From positions 62,001-126,000 of the forward strand of contig JBEWZL010000193.1 of assembly GCA_045837725.1 (NCBI GenBank): a DNA stretch of 64,000 nucleotides. The letters run 5' to 3'. This DNA comes from Vermamoeba vermiformis. Taxonomy: Eukaryota. The translations under genes were made by a program, and so were the position numbers. The notes below the pieces were generated by a model. The model did not search any database. It was not told the origin of the DNA and saw only the letters and a program-made list of their open reading frames with translations. The stretch's first letter is position 1, and every line of letters begins with the position of its first letter. This document shows positions 40,178 through 53,093 of the stretch, in pieces.

Positions 40178-40810
40178 TAAGTTGTTGTTGACACGATAAG
40201 TAGGACAAATTGATTGTTTGCAAAAGTAAATCTGTGGCTTTCTGTTCGCAAGTAAATATCAAATAACCGTTATTAATTGTACTGCCAAATAATCATGAAG
40301 AAATAGAAAGTTAGAAAACCAAAGGAAATTTCTTCTGTACAGATCGGAGTTCTTCCCAACAAGGAAGTGGGCCATCACGGTTCATTGTTCCGGCCAGTAG
40401 GTATACTACTCTATAATGTCTTCGAGGATTGGTGTCCTATCTCGGATGATAACGTGTGTTGCTTTTTGACGGTTGGATTTAGTTTTACCAAAAAAACCAC
40501 CCAACGAACAACACGCGAGGTGCCTTCTTAGACTATAATGTTCGTTAGTATAATAACAAGGTAAATGCGCTTGCGCGATATGGCGCCAAATTTACAACTT
40601 TTACAACGGGTTTGATCCGGTCGCCATAAAAAATTTGAAAAAATTCTAATAATAGTGTAATTATCGAGCATTCTTCGCTTACATTTTAAAGCACGCATTG
40701 ACGCTATTATTAAAATTATAGAACGGCCTTGACTGCATCTCCTGTAGTGCGACGGAATCCTCGTTTCTACAGCTCCTTTTTTGAAAAGCGGTACAAAACT
40801 CTCGCTACAG

Positions 40811-42140
40811 ATGACTCGATATCAAATATATACGAGCGACGCCGCATATTTGATTTAACATCTGAAGGTAAATCCAGATGCGCATCTCGATGACATCGGC
40901 TGACAGTTCTGTTAATCCACAGCGCGGTCGGAAAAATTCCTCGACCCAAAGAAATATCGCTTAGTGTGTCCTATTTGCGAGAAACCAAATATAATAACAT
41001 CTCACGGTAAGAAAATTCAATTTTTTGTGAACGGCAGTTAATTTTTTGTACCAGAATGCGGGTCTTGCAATTTTGATCTACATCCATCTGATGTGGTGGA
41101 GATGAGAGAAAATATTTTCAGAAATATAGCAGAAGGCCATGTAACAGAACATCGAGTTTACTTTCGCAATACGGATCTCGTAGTTTTGGGCGATAAATTT
41201 CCGGTACAATATTATTTACTAATATAGGTCGAAGGGCGTAGATCAAATTATCGACTCGATTTCACTATTTGGCAATATTTATCAATTTACTTACGACGTT
41301 TCGTTTGTAGATAGCGGATGTGCACTTGGATTGCATTCCAACAGCTCCTATTGAAGACATTACAGATTTGAATGCTACTCATGTTGATTCACTTCGAAAT
41401 ATGTACGAAAAGGGCCGTCAAGTTATTTGGCAACGGATTCAAGGGTCACATGTGCTAGCCCACAAGATTGATCGAATGGAACAAATTGATCCGCTGATCA
41501 TCGCTGGGTAATGCCGATAATTATAGCTTTTTTGAATAGTACAACTCGACTAATGACATTTTTGACAGCTTCAACTTGCCTGTATCCGGTAATACGGTGT
41601 TTTAAAATAGATCTCGAGCGGATTAATCTGCGGAAGATGTTGCGACGGTAAAATGATCTAATATTTTGTTTTATTAGTCTACCATCTACACTTACATATG
41701 ATAGTACCGCCTCTTCGGCATACGAATTCGTTTAAGGTAAGTCATTATTGCTACTCATCTATTTAGGGAATTTTTTAACGCCGTGGATTTCCGACGAAAA
41801 ATTAATCTAAATCGTCTACCGAAATTAATTACTATATAAGAGTCAATATACTATAATAGTATACAAGTATATTTTAGTTTAATTTAAATTATTCAAATGT
41901 GTACAAATTTGTACCGCATCAAAAATCCAATCTGACCAGATTAATTTCTAGTTCCCGCGGTGGCACCCTTACCTACGTGTTATTAACGACTTGACTAAAT
42001 ATGGTCGAGTTATTACTAACAAAGAACTTCGGGCTCGAGATGGAGACCACATCCAAATTGATCCGGATTACGACGCTGAAATACGAAAGAACGAACGCGC
42101 ATTAGAACTGATTTCTGGTCTTGCGTCAGATAAAAGGTAA
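40811..42140 (+). CDS. HIT-family hydrolase with an N-terminal zinc ribbon (start uncertain)
   Basis: CPIC..ECGSC; NIFRNI..DKFP..VHLDCIP..I.DITDL; GFNLP.S..HLHLHMI histidine triad (about 41681-41703). Confidence 0.75.
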
Positions 42141-42281
42141 CAAAATTACAATAACAAACGCCTGATATTATTTTCGGTGAAAAAATGAACCTTGCCTTGT
42201 TGCCAAAAATTGAGTAATTCCGCTGAAGCTTCAGCGTAAAATTTATTGTAGCCGAATCAGTAGTCGTAGTATCTCGTTACG

Positions 42282-44055
42282 TTAGATTAGATTAACAAGG
42301 TAAGTCAAAGACAAGGCGAGACTCAGCCACCGATTGAAAATTGAAGATCCGACTAACGCAGCAGTGCTTTTAATATTTGTTGATGGGACGTTAGACTCTG
42401 TAATATATAAGCTATTAGTAATCGCTTCATATGTCAAAATTACGGCTATTACTTGAAGGCGTTGATTGAGCTTGCGGAGCACCAGAACCAACGGGAGAAT
42501 TCGAGCCAGCTACAAACGTATTAATATTAGTTAACCAATACTATAATAGCATGATATATAGGATCGTATATTAATATATATATAGTCTCTAAAATTATTG
42601 AAGTATTGTTCGTACTCGGCGAAGTTATGACTTCAGGTGCAGTACTTGGCACGTTATTACTGAGCGGAGTAGTATTCACAGGCGAGTTATTATTAGTGGA
42701 ACTAGTAGTGGGTGGTGAGCTAGTACTAGGTGCCTTACTTGGAGTGTTATTGTTGCTAGTGGGGGTCTGTGAGGGGGATGGATTTGAGGGGCTGGGCGAT
42801 GGTGCGCCAGTAAACATTGGCTCAAAATTGACGCTTTGCTGACCGTCAACTACTTGAACTAACGATAATAATATTAATACGGTATAGTATTATCAGAGTA
42901 TTGCTTACTTGATCCAGTCGGAGTTGAAGTCAGCGTGATCTGGATGTTGTCGGTTACGGATGCACCATCCACTGAAGTCAATTTGATTTGAGGATTGGCT
43001 CCGAATGGTCCTCCAACAGCTTGACAAGCAAAGTAGCCATTTTGACGCTCGCATGAACTCCATCCGCCGTTTTGATAAACGGATGCCTTTTCGATCTCGT
43101 TAAATCTCGTTGCCGAAGCGAAGAATCGACTTACCGAAGTAATAGTACGCAAGTTATATAAAGGCAAGAACTTAAAGTAATAGTTTTGCCCTCCTTTCTC
43201 AATTTGATAACGAATTTTCTGGCTGCCGACTGGACAATCAACTGCTTTCCACGCTGAAAAGATGTCACGATTAGAAAATCAACGAAAAGCATTAAAAATA
43301 TGTATAATAGAACTAAGTATATGATAATCATAGATAAATAAAAGATTGCAAGCTTATCGAACGTTTTTGGGGCGGATTTGCCAAAAAAGTCATACCCAAA
43401 TACCAGTTGTTTTGCACTTGGGGTGTTCGATAAAAGTCCAATTGATCATCGGTGCATGTAGTGCATAAATTATTGATAAAGGCATAGAATGGAGGGTCAG
43501 GGAATGGTTTCAAAGTATTGTAGTCTCCGATCGCCGTTACGTTTGTGACTTGAATGCACATCCCGCACATTTCTCCGTTGTAATATTGGCCTTGCTATAT
43601 AACGTAATAAATAAGTCGTTGTTTATCTTAGTAGGACCGCGAGAGTAAAAATAACAAGCGGATCTAATTTTTTGATAGTTGTGAACGATTTAAATCAAGA
43701 AGATACTCGCATGAATTATATTAACTACATGTAAAAGACATTATAATCCAAATAATATGGTTGATTATGCACTTACATTAATTGCAGCAGTTAAAACAAC
43801 GCTCGGTTGGTATCCCGCGTAAATATTTTCGTTGTAACCGCAGCCACCGCCTTGAGCCCATGAATCATACCAACTAGTCTATTATAAGAACACAATTAGC
43901 TTAATTGTCGCCTGATTTATTTACGCGGATCTGAATCAAAATGATTTAGTTTTACTTACGTAACCTTTCGGGACACCGGTTTGGTAATAAGCCAATGTTT
44001 GTTGGCCATAAGCGGCGGATACTAATAATACAATAGACAATAATATTAGGTTCAT
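42282..44055 (-). CDS. Expansin-like secreted protein with a Ser/Thr/Pro stalk and hydrophobic C-terminus (GPI or TM anchor)
   Basis: Signal peptide MNLILLSIVLLVSAAYG; GGGCGY, TAAIN..YNGEMCGMCIQVT, NLCTTC..QLDF, WKAVDCPV; second domain with GGWSSCERQNGYF. Confidence 0.75.
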
Positions 44056-44396
44056 TGTTGTCTTGTTGATAAAAATTAAGTAAAAAATACGTGTGTACTG
44101 CTTTGTACACTAAAAAAATCACGTGCTGCAAGATCAATTATATTAGCTATTTTTGGCTATTGAGTGAGTTAGGATTAGTTAGAATTAACGAGTAAAAAAA
44201 TGGAAGGGTTATAAAGAATAGTTTTCGGTTTATGAGATCCGGTCGGATGCTGGCTGTCAAAACATTATAAAGGATATTCTTATCGACACTATGGTACATG
44301 TTTATTATTTCCGCTGCATCCAAATCGCTTTGTTATTTTACAGTTGGTTGTGGATCATATTTTTTTTCAACGACAGATCTTGCACTTGGATCTACT

Positions 44397-45389
44397 TCAA
44401 TGCCGCCAATCGTCTTTATAGCCGCTAAATGAGCCACTAGTGCGTTGTTTTTTCCTCTTATCTTTGTTACTATCTTTATATCGTCCATAATTATCACCGC
44501 CGTAACTTTCTCGTTTTCTTTTTGTGCCTCGATCCCGATCGCGATCTCGATCGTAATCTCGTCTTGGCGGCGGACCTCGTCTATTACTATTACTATAGTT
44601 ACTGCCACCACCATTATTATGTTCATTGTGAAATCGATAAATGCTGTCAGCGACAGATCCACCGGTGCTTTTTCTTCGCTGGATCCGGTCTTTCAAAACT
44701 TGTCCAAAATTGTTGCCGTACTTCATCGACTCTTGATTGATACTTTCCATATTAGGCATGTCACAGTGCTGTCAAATAAAAGTGTGACAGTTAGTGACAC
44801 CTCGATCTAGTTCAAATTATTATAAGACTTACTCGTGCTTCATGCGCGTCACTGCCGCAATTGTAACATGACATTTTGAACGATTTTCTTCGTGAAACTG
44901 CAAATTTCGTGGTACATGACTAAATTTGGAAATAATTTGTTAGATCTGTTCGTGATAATTAACATCATCGGACTTACCTCCGGCGTGTGCCCAGATCGTC
45001 CACATTTGTAACAAATATCTTTCGAGCTGCGTTCTCTGCAGTCACGTGACAAGTGCCCTGGTAGATTGCAGCGGTGACACAGCCGTTCGGGACACGCTGC
45101 TGACATGTGGCCGAACAGTCCGCACAAGAAACACGGCCGATCTTTCTACATAACGATAGTATATTAATAATTATATTATAGTTTATTAATATGAATTGTT
45201 AATGTTGAGATCTGGGCAAGAAAATTTTCGATCGAGATCCAGATCGGTTCGAAAAATGAATTATGGCCGAATTATAATATAAAGACTTACTTTTTCTTCT
45301 AGGCATTGATAAGACATATGACCCATCTTCTTGCAGTTATAGCATTTAACGCTGGATGTGGCCGAACTGTTCTCGTCAATGTAATAGCG
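44397..45389 (-). CDS. Air1/Air2/ZCCHC7-like tandem CCHC zinc-knuckle protein; 5' exon(s) missing here
   Basis: RYY..KCYNCKKMGHMSYQC, CFLCGLFGHMSAAC, CHRCNLPGHLSRDC, CYKCGRSGH; RD-rich tail. The first visible exon starts at a splice acceptor about 23 bp from the element end. Confidence 0.75.
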
Positions 45390-45413
45390 CTAGAAAATTA
45401 AAATAATTATTAT

Positions 45414-46357
45414 TGTTAACCGGGCTCAAATCCCCCCGTAAACTGTTTTATAAAACTGTTCAAATTAAATTAAAGTTTTAATTTTATTCAAATGTTTAAT
45501 TTGCGAAGCGATTTAGAACTTCGATTTCTACATTTTATTGAAAGAATTTGTAAATTTAAAATGTTAATAATAATTAAACATTTTAATTAATTGATACCAG
45601 CGGTGCTCGCGGTCACGTTCGGCACGTGGCTTCAGTGAATAAGACACTAGTATTTAGTGAACGTAATTTTATTTAGCGTTGCAATTACAATGCACAGTAC
45701 GACAGTTCAAGGCGGCTGGTTGCTCTGCTTGCTCGTGTGTCATTAGCGATAAACTTACCCAAGTGCAGTGCGTCGTGTGGCTACGTGGCTTGTGCTGACT
45801 TTGACAATGAAAAACATGACTTGCGGTGACAACGAATCAAAGCTCGCTAACGATTGGTCATTCTAGTTTTCGGACAAGAATTTCCTATGAATTTGGCCAT
45901 TTTGACCATATTTGGAAGGAGCTTGACGTCACCGCAGAATCTTTTCCGTTCATTTTTCAAAGTTTAATCACGAAGTAAGCCACAAAACCACACGATACAC
46001 GGCGCCTTGGGTAAGTGAACCTACCACCGCTACTGACACTCACAAGTGCACAACAGCTGTCCCGCTGATCGTACTGTATATTTGTATTGCAACGTTAAAT
46101 AAATATTATATACTTCCCTAAATACGTGTGATATTACTATTGCTAACGGGCGAGGGCAATGCATCGCACCGCCAGTATTGATTAATTAAAATGTTTAATT
46201 ATTATTAAAATTTTTAATTTATCGAATTCTTTCAACAAAATAAATTAAAAAGTTCTAAATCGCTTCGGAAATTAAACAATTGCATAAAATCAAAACTTAA
46301 ATTTAATTTGAACAGTTTTATAAAACGGTTTACGGGGGGATTTGAGCCCGGTTAACA
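45414..46357. mobile_element. Non-autonomous fold-back (MITE-like) DNA element with TGT..ACA ends and ~400 bp imperfect inverted arms
   Basis: Left end TGTTAACCGGGCTCAAATCCCCCCGTAAAC is the reverse complement of the right end GTTTACGGGGGGATTTGAGCCCGGTTAACA. Arm similarity is traceable to about 45815/45950. No ORF in the track. Confidence 0.85.
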
Positions 46358-46358
46358 A

Positions 46359-46511
46359 TAACATTTTAAATTTACAAATTCTTTCAATAAAATGTAGAAA
46401 TCGAAGTTCTAAATCGCTTCGCAAATTAAACATTTGAATAAAATTAAAACTTTAATTTAATTTGAACAGTTTTATAAAACAGTTTACGGGGGGATTTGAG
46501 CCCGGTTAACA
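46359..46511. repeat. Extra 153 bp terminal inverted repeat copy
   Basis: By eye, an exact reverse complement of 45414..45566, placed in tandem right after the element's right end. Confidence 0.9.
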
Positions 46512-46874
46512 ATATTTTTTTGTTTCTTCTGGAAAGTTCCAAAATTCTCCCGCCTGCCGTTCTTTAGATTGTATTGTTTAACGATTAATATTGCAGTATT
46601 TACAACACTAGCACTGTATATCTTTATATTTCTATTGTATAAAATACCACATCATGAGCGCATTGGATCCTGTCGAAGAAGCGATAAAGAAGGCCGCTTA
46701 TACCGTCGTAGATAAATATATCAAGAGCGGGATGGTAATATATATTATTAGCAATTTATTACGTATGATTATAGGCCTCGAGTCTATGTTCAAACAAAAT
46801 TACGTTTGATAATTTTTCAGATCAAGCCTAAAATGCAATTAATTAGCTACGAGGCCTAATTATGACTTATAAAT
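46512..46874 (+). pseudogene. Internally deleted copy of the RpiA gene
   Basis: Promoter, exon 1 (46654..46734, [27 protein letters not shown]) and start of intron 1 match about 48168..48475, then the match jumps to the 3' flank about 49738..49786. Confidence 0.85.
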
Positions 46875-46929
46875 TATCAAATAAATAATGGTAAACAACT
46901 TCTAAACAATAGCGAACGCACGTAGAAAC

Positions 46930-48203
46930 TAAAAATAAATTCATAAATCCATTCGTGAGTAATCTCGTCCAAGATCTGGTCCTGGAGTTAGTCTTGTTGA
47001 GATTCCAGGTTACTCTTGCCTATTGATATTGAAATTGAAATTAACCTACAGTAGGATTATATAATTTGAACATACTTCTTTTTGTCTTATCAAAATTGTC
47101 ATCAAGTCCTGCTACACTTGCTGTCCGCTTCGAACCTGCAACTTTAAATGTTAATAATAATTAGAGCGGTTTTATTAAATATCAAAAATAGGCTTCCTGA
47201 ATGAATTTTTAAGTGCGAAGTTTATAATTAGCGTCGCTTACTTTTCAGTTTTTCGATCTCAGTCCACAAAATTAGCGCGTGCCCATCGGGTAAGTTCAAA
47301 GTTGCTTTCAGATCCGCCCTGTCGTCGAATAATAGCAACGCAGTACCATTAAATGCTTGCTCGATAACAATTCTCACACTTTTATCAACCGCAGTCCGTT
47401 CTTCCCCCGTTAATTTTGAAAATTTCAATACTTTTCGCGCCCAATCCGCCACATTTTCCTTCCTCCATGTTTTTACTGGCTGTGCGAGATAGGTCGTGTC
47501 TATATAATTGAGAAAGACGTTAATACACTGGAGATTTGAGGAAAAATGACGTTTAATTCAATTTATCGTCCAACCATTGATTGTATTTTCAAAGATTGAA
47601 GCTAGGGTTTTTTCAGTTAGAAAGATAGAAAAAGATTCGGATCTGCAAATTTTCGGAAAGCCGTATTTAATTTGATTGCTTATTGCAAACAAAATTATTT
47701 CAAAACTGAATTAATTTGCGATATTTTGTTTTAAAGTCAACGCCAACGATCGGAAGAAGTCGGATTTTGCCTAAGTTGTTTTAGTATCGTTGTATAGGGC
47801 GTATAATATTATTTATATTATGCCGTTATTATGTAGAAACTTACTACGCAAATAAAATTGCCTCCAAGTCTCGTTTAATTTTTTAAACTTGTCCACAATT
47901 TCCCAATCTGACTCTGTGTAATAATCTCGACATTTAGCTCGCCAAACACTTCCTTCATCGTGTACTAATGTATTAATAAATTTAGATAATTGTGGCATCG
48001 AGGCTGTAAGTGTTTTATCGTCGCAACGGAGGAGGATGTGTTCTTGAAGTTCCAACGGCAACTCTTCAAAATGAAATATTACACTATTTTCATTTGATTT
48101 TTCCATAGTTAAGTGCTATTGTCACGTTAAATAAGCTAGATTAAGCAATATGAAAGTTTTAGCGAAGATATTTTTGTTTCTTCTGGAAAGTTCCAAAATT
48201 CTC
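46930..48203. repeat. Left arm of a ~1.3 kb inverted duplication (partner 53094..54391)
   Basis: Reverse-complement similarity throughout, including introns and flanks. Confidence 0.9.
47228..48106 (-). CDS. F-box plus SAM-like domain protein
   Basis: F-box FEELPLELQEHILLRCD..WRAKC; SAM-like W..ENVADW..IEQAFNGTALLL..DLKATLNLPDGHALILWTEIEKLK. Middle exon structure unresolved. Confidence 0.7.
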
Positions 48204-48295
48204 CCGCCAGCCGTTCTTTAACAACTAATATTGCGTTAATTTACAACACAACACTGTATATATTTATATTTCTTATTATATAATATAACTACAAC

Positions 48296-49623
48296 ATGAG
48301 CGCATTGGATCCCGTGGAAGAAGCGAAAAAGAAGGCCGCTTATACCGTCGTAGATAAATATATCAAGAGCGGGATGGTAATATATATTACTAATATTATA
48401 TTACATATTATAGGACTCGATTCTATTTCCAAACAAAATTACGTTTGATAATTTTTCAGATCAAACGTAAAATATTTCTAATTAATTACCAAGCCTCGAT
48501 CGCGCTGATATTTATTCATAATATGATACTCGTAATATTAATGTATTTATTTAGGCCTTAGGCATCGGTTCTGGCTCGACAGTAGTCTATGTCGTCGAAA
48601 GGCTAATCCAACGTGTCAAAGAAGAGAATTTAAAAGTCGTTACATGCGTGCCAACTTCATTTCAATCGAAGCAACTTATTGAACAAGGCGTAAGTCTAAA
48701 TTTAGCTTTGAATAAATCAGAGCAGATTCGCTAAAATGAAATTATTGCAATGATTTTAGGGCTTGCCTTTGGGCACTATTGATCAGTTCCCCGAATTAGA
48801 CCTTGCTATCGACGGCGCTGATGAAGTCGATTCGCACTTGAACTGCATTAAAGGAGGTGGTGCTTGTCAATTGCAAGAAAAAATTGGTAAGGATCCAAAT
48901 CTGCCTTAAAAACAATCTTACTGTCGTTCTTAAATATTGAAACCGTACCTTATATAGTTGCTGCATGCGCCAAGACTTTTATCGTGGTCGCTGATTACAG
49001 AAAGAACTCAACAGTGCTCGGCGAACAATGGAAACAAGGCGTGCCTATTGAAGTCTTGCCTTTGGCTTATAGACCTGGTAAATAGCTCACAATAATTATT
49101 GTATGCCTTAATATTAATACGACGCTTATTTTGCTCAACAAGTCCATTTTTACTAACTCAGGATTCGATCGCAAATTTTTATTTTGTTATTGCTAAACTA
49201 TGATAATAATAATTTCATATATGTGTAGTCGCAAAGAAGATTGAAAAGTTGGGCGGCAAGCCAGTTCTGAGAATGTGCAAGGGAGGCAAAGCTGGGCCGA
49301 TTGTAACTGGTACGTAATTAAGTTCCGTTGAAAAATTTAAAGCTTTTAATCATCTTCGGCCTTAAAATAGTGATATTATATTATTTATAGTATATTGAGA
49401 TATTATTATTGATTTTGAGCGGATCTAATAATTTTTTGTAGACAATGGAAATTTCGTAATTGACGCAGACTTTGGTCAAATTAAAGAGCCCAAACTACTC
49501 GAACAACAATTGAAACAAATTCCAGGAATTATTGAGACCGGATTGTTCATTAATATGGCTGAAGTTGCTTATTTTGGCAATGCTGATGGATCGGTTGTCT
49601 CTCGCGAGGTCCCAAAGCACTAA
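48296..49623 (+). CDS. RPIA: Ribose-5-phosphate isomerase A
   Basis: [72 protein letters not shown] across six exons. Confidence 0.97.
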
Positions 49624-50734
49624 ATATAGTAAGGAAACTCTTGTTATTATACTTAAATAACATAATTTTGCCTAATTTGGTGATAATTGACTATTTATCG
49701 ATAAAATTTGGTTCATGAACGAGTTGATCCGGCTTTAAAAATAATGCAATTAATTAGCTATGAGGCCTAATTATGACATATAAATATATAAGGCTATATA
49801 TAATGCATCATTAGTATTATTATATTGATATCTTGGTCTTTGTAATGATTGTTACGAAGCAGCACGTGTTGGCAAATTTTTGGATCCAAAAAAAATAACT
49901 CGTACTAGCTTAATTCTGACTTATTCTCAGCCAAGTTATGTTTAAAAAGTAAAATTTTATTGGAATTGTTGTGTATCGTAATAATTTCAAATGTTAGTGT
50001 GCTTTTTTCCGGATCTCGCCGTGCAAAAGATTATCAACTTTTTAAGCTGCCGGCAATATCATTTAATAATCATTTATGACGTATAACATAATCATACATA
50101 TATATAGAGTCATATTTAAGTCTCCTATAATCTTTCAGATATGATCTTTTTGTGACACAAAATTTTTCGTTTCATTGTACGGGACAGATGTGGTGTTCCG
50201 ATTCGAAACTGATAAAAAAATACTGCATAATATGACTATGATAGATATCGTGACATCATTTAATAGCCTCAATTCAACGCCGCTTTGGATCTGAAGCTTT
50301 GCAAAATTTTTTTTGGATCCGTCTAAAATATCTGTTTTGGCCTACAAATGCAGAGTTATTGTACCATCATGCTAAATTAATTCACTCTCATACGTATGAG
50401 ATTCACCGTTATTTCGGAAGGGTTATTCCGCGTCCGTTGTTTCGGACCTCGATAAATTTTATTCATTGAATGCGATTTCGAAGCTAAGATTAACTTCGAC
50501 GGTTCGGACCAGTAAATACTAGTTAGAATAATACTATAGTGCTAGTAGAATATCCTCGTTGAGGTAAATTACTGGGTCTATTCGCCGCGAGGCAGCACGT
50601 GATCGAAATGTCAAGTGTCAAAAAATGACATAAAATCGCTGAGCGTTTTCTGATTAATTTCAATTCATTTTTTGTACATTACGCCACACTCCTATATCAA
50701 TCAGACCCTCGTTGATATAATTCGCGTTTCTACA

Positions 50735-52901
50735 ATGTCTCCCAAGACTGTTTTAGTTTTTCTTTTGGGCGCACTTCTCGTCCTTGGCGCATCCGCTGGC
50801 CGCTCCAAAACTCCGTTGGAGAAGTATGTCAACAACGGCGACGACACCTACGAATGGCAAGTCATGTCTTCAGTGAGCACTGCTGCTTACACTGCTTATG
50901 TAAGTACCGCGGATCTGGTATCGAGACTAGATCTCGCATTTTCGATAATTAATTAAAGATTCTGCGAGTCTTTTCAATTCTGCAATACGCAAATTATAAT
51001 TTATTTATCGGCGAATCATTCTGTTTCGGCAAGTTTGATTGACAGCGCGTAACTTTGTGTAACGAAAGGTCGAAATCTAACGCATCTTGTTTTCGCAGTT
51101 CCTCAACTTCACTTCTCAACAATGGTTGACTGCTGCTGAGTCATCTCAACCAATTTGGAACCACAGATTGACCGTCTGCGTGCCTTCTAATGTAAGTTCA
51201 CATTTCCTCTTTTTACATTTTTTTTTTGTGGTCGGATCTTGGTTCTAATTCATTGGCGGAATAGGTCGCTTATAAGACTGCTTTCCTTTATGTTGACGGA
51301 GGTGATAATGTGGCCGCTCAAATCACTTCTACCACCGTGGATCCAATTATTGATTTCGTCTGCCAAGGATCCAGCGCAGTAACAGTTCGTAAGTACTATT
51401 TTTACGCTATTCTTCAGCGCAACACGATAGCAGATACTACGGAATAATTATTAGTAGTCTTCACGCTGCTATTATTTAATTTGTACGAATTGTGTATTAA
51501 CTTTGCTTTTTCAATATTGCAGATCTTGAACAAGTCCCCAACCAACCGATTAGCTTCCCTTCTGACCCTACTAATGCTCAAAGAAAAGAAGATGGTATTA
51601 TTGCCTTCACTTGGGAGCACTTTTTGACCAACACTTCGAGCGATCCCAACTGGATTTTGCAATTCCCTCAAGTCAAATCCGCTATCCGTGCTATGTAAGT
51701 CTATTCTAAACTACTTCTAGGGTGTCATACATAATACTAATCATATTTATTAAGGGATGCGGTTCAAGAATTTATTGAAACACTCGACATCCCGCAAGTA
51801 AAATCTTTCGTAATGTCTGGTGCTTCCAAGCGCGGTTGGACCACTTGGTTGGCCTCTGGAATTGACAGCCGCGTCGAAGCATTCATTCCTATAGTCATGC
51901 CTATTCTTAATATCGTGCCTAACTTGAACAACGCTTTTAGATCCCTCGGTGGTAAGTCCAGATGTAATTTAACCGACTTAATTGATTAATTATTGTTAAT
52001 AGCGTGGACTTGGACTTTTGCCGATTACGTACGTGCATAAATAGAGCTATTATTCCATTTTACTAAAAAACCTTTATCCCCAAAAAATTGCCGCAATTTT
52101 TGATAATTTGAAACCGATGTGGTGCCGTTGTTAATAGTACTTTAATACTCACATATGTCCTTATAGTTTGCTGCTGGCAATATGGCTCATTTCAACAAGC
52201 CTGAATTCGACGCTTTGGCCGCCATCATCGATCCGATCATTTATAACAACAAATTTACTCCTAAGCCTACTTATATCATTGCTTCATCGCAAGACGAGTT
52301 CTTCCAACCTGATTCAGCCAACTTCTTCTTCCAAGACCTTCGCGGCGAGAAATACTTGCGCATCTTGCCTGGATCCGGCCACACGTTCTACTTGACCTAC
52401 AACTTGACTGACGTGCTCGTCTCCGTCAACTCGTTCATCCATATGGTTGCTGATAACTTGCGTGGTCCCCGTGATTTAAGCTGGACTTTGTTCAAGACCA
52501 CATCCCGATCAGAAAATGCTACAATTGTTGCCGTGTCTGGAACTCAGCCCAAGAAGGTCGTCATGTGGTCTGCTAATACTATTAGCACTACTAAGCGAGA
52601 TTTCCGCCTATTTTCTTGCTACACCGCCACTGGTCCCGGATGCTACCAAAACTTACAATGGACGGCCACCGAAATTACTCCGCAATATGGTGTCATATAT
52701 AGTGCTGCTCGTCAAGCTCCCACGCAAGGCTGGGGCATTTTCTACCTCGAATTCACTTATGACGTGACCGAGCGTGGCTGGAACGGCGAGAAACACGAGT
52801 TCAAAGTGAGCACTGAAGTCAACATTGTGCCCGATGTGTTGCCCTATCCTTCGTGCGGCACTGCTTGTGGGGCTGGCGACGTCGGCCTCGCCAATCCTTA
52901 A
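50735..52901 (+). CDS. PhoPQ-activated pathogenicity-related (PqaA/AprA-like) secreted protein
   Basis: Signal peptide; TPLEKYV..DDTYEW, NFTSQQWL, QVPNQPI.F, EDGIIAFTW, GASKRGWTTWL, IIDP, DEFFQPD, GEKYLRILP. Confidence 0.9.
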
Positions 52902-53093
52902 CGGTCGAGAGCTATTTTTGGACCAGTACAAATTTAGTAAAATGTCACACATTTGCCTGGCAACACCCGTTTTATATTGTATCCAATACTTTTGTCGCGT
53001 TTGATTTGCATCAATACTATTTTATGAAATCATCTCAAGATGATGAACCCTTTGACTGCTGAATAATGGTCTGAGCAAAGAACAGAGTTAACT

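Noticed and set aside
45417..46354. piggyBac assignment from TTAA-CC..GG-TTAA
   Set aside because: The inverted repeat extends outside TTAA at all three ends, and the junction with the RpiA-promoter copy falls after ..TTAACA, so TTAA is probably internal. Family left unassigned.
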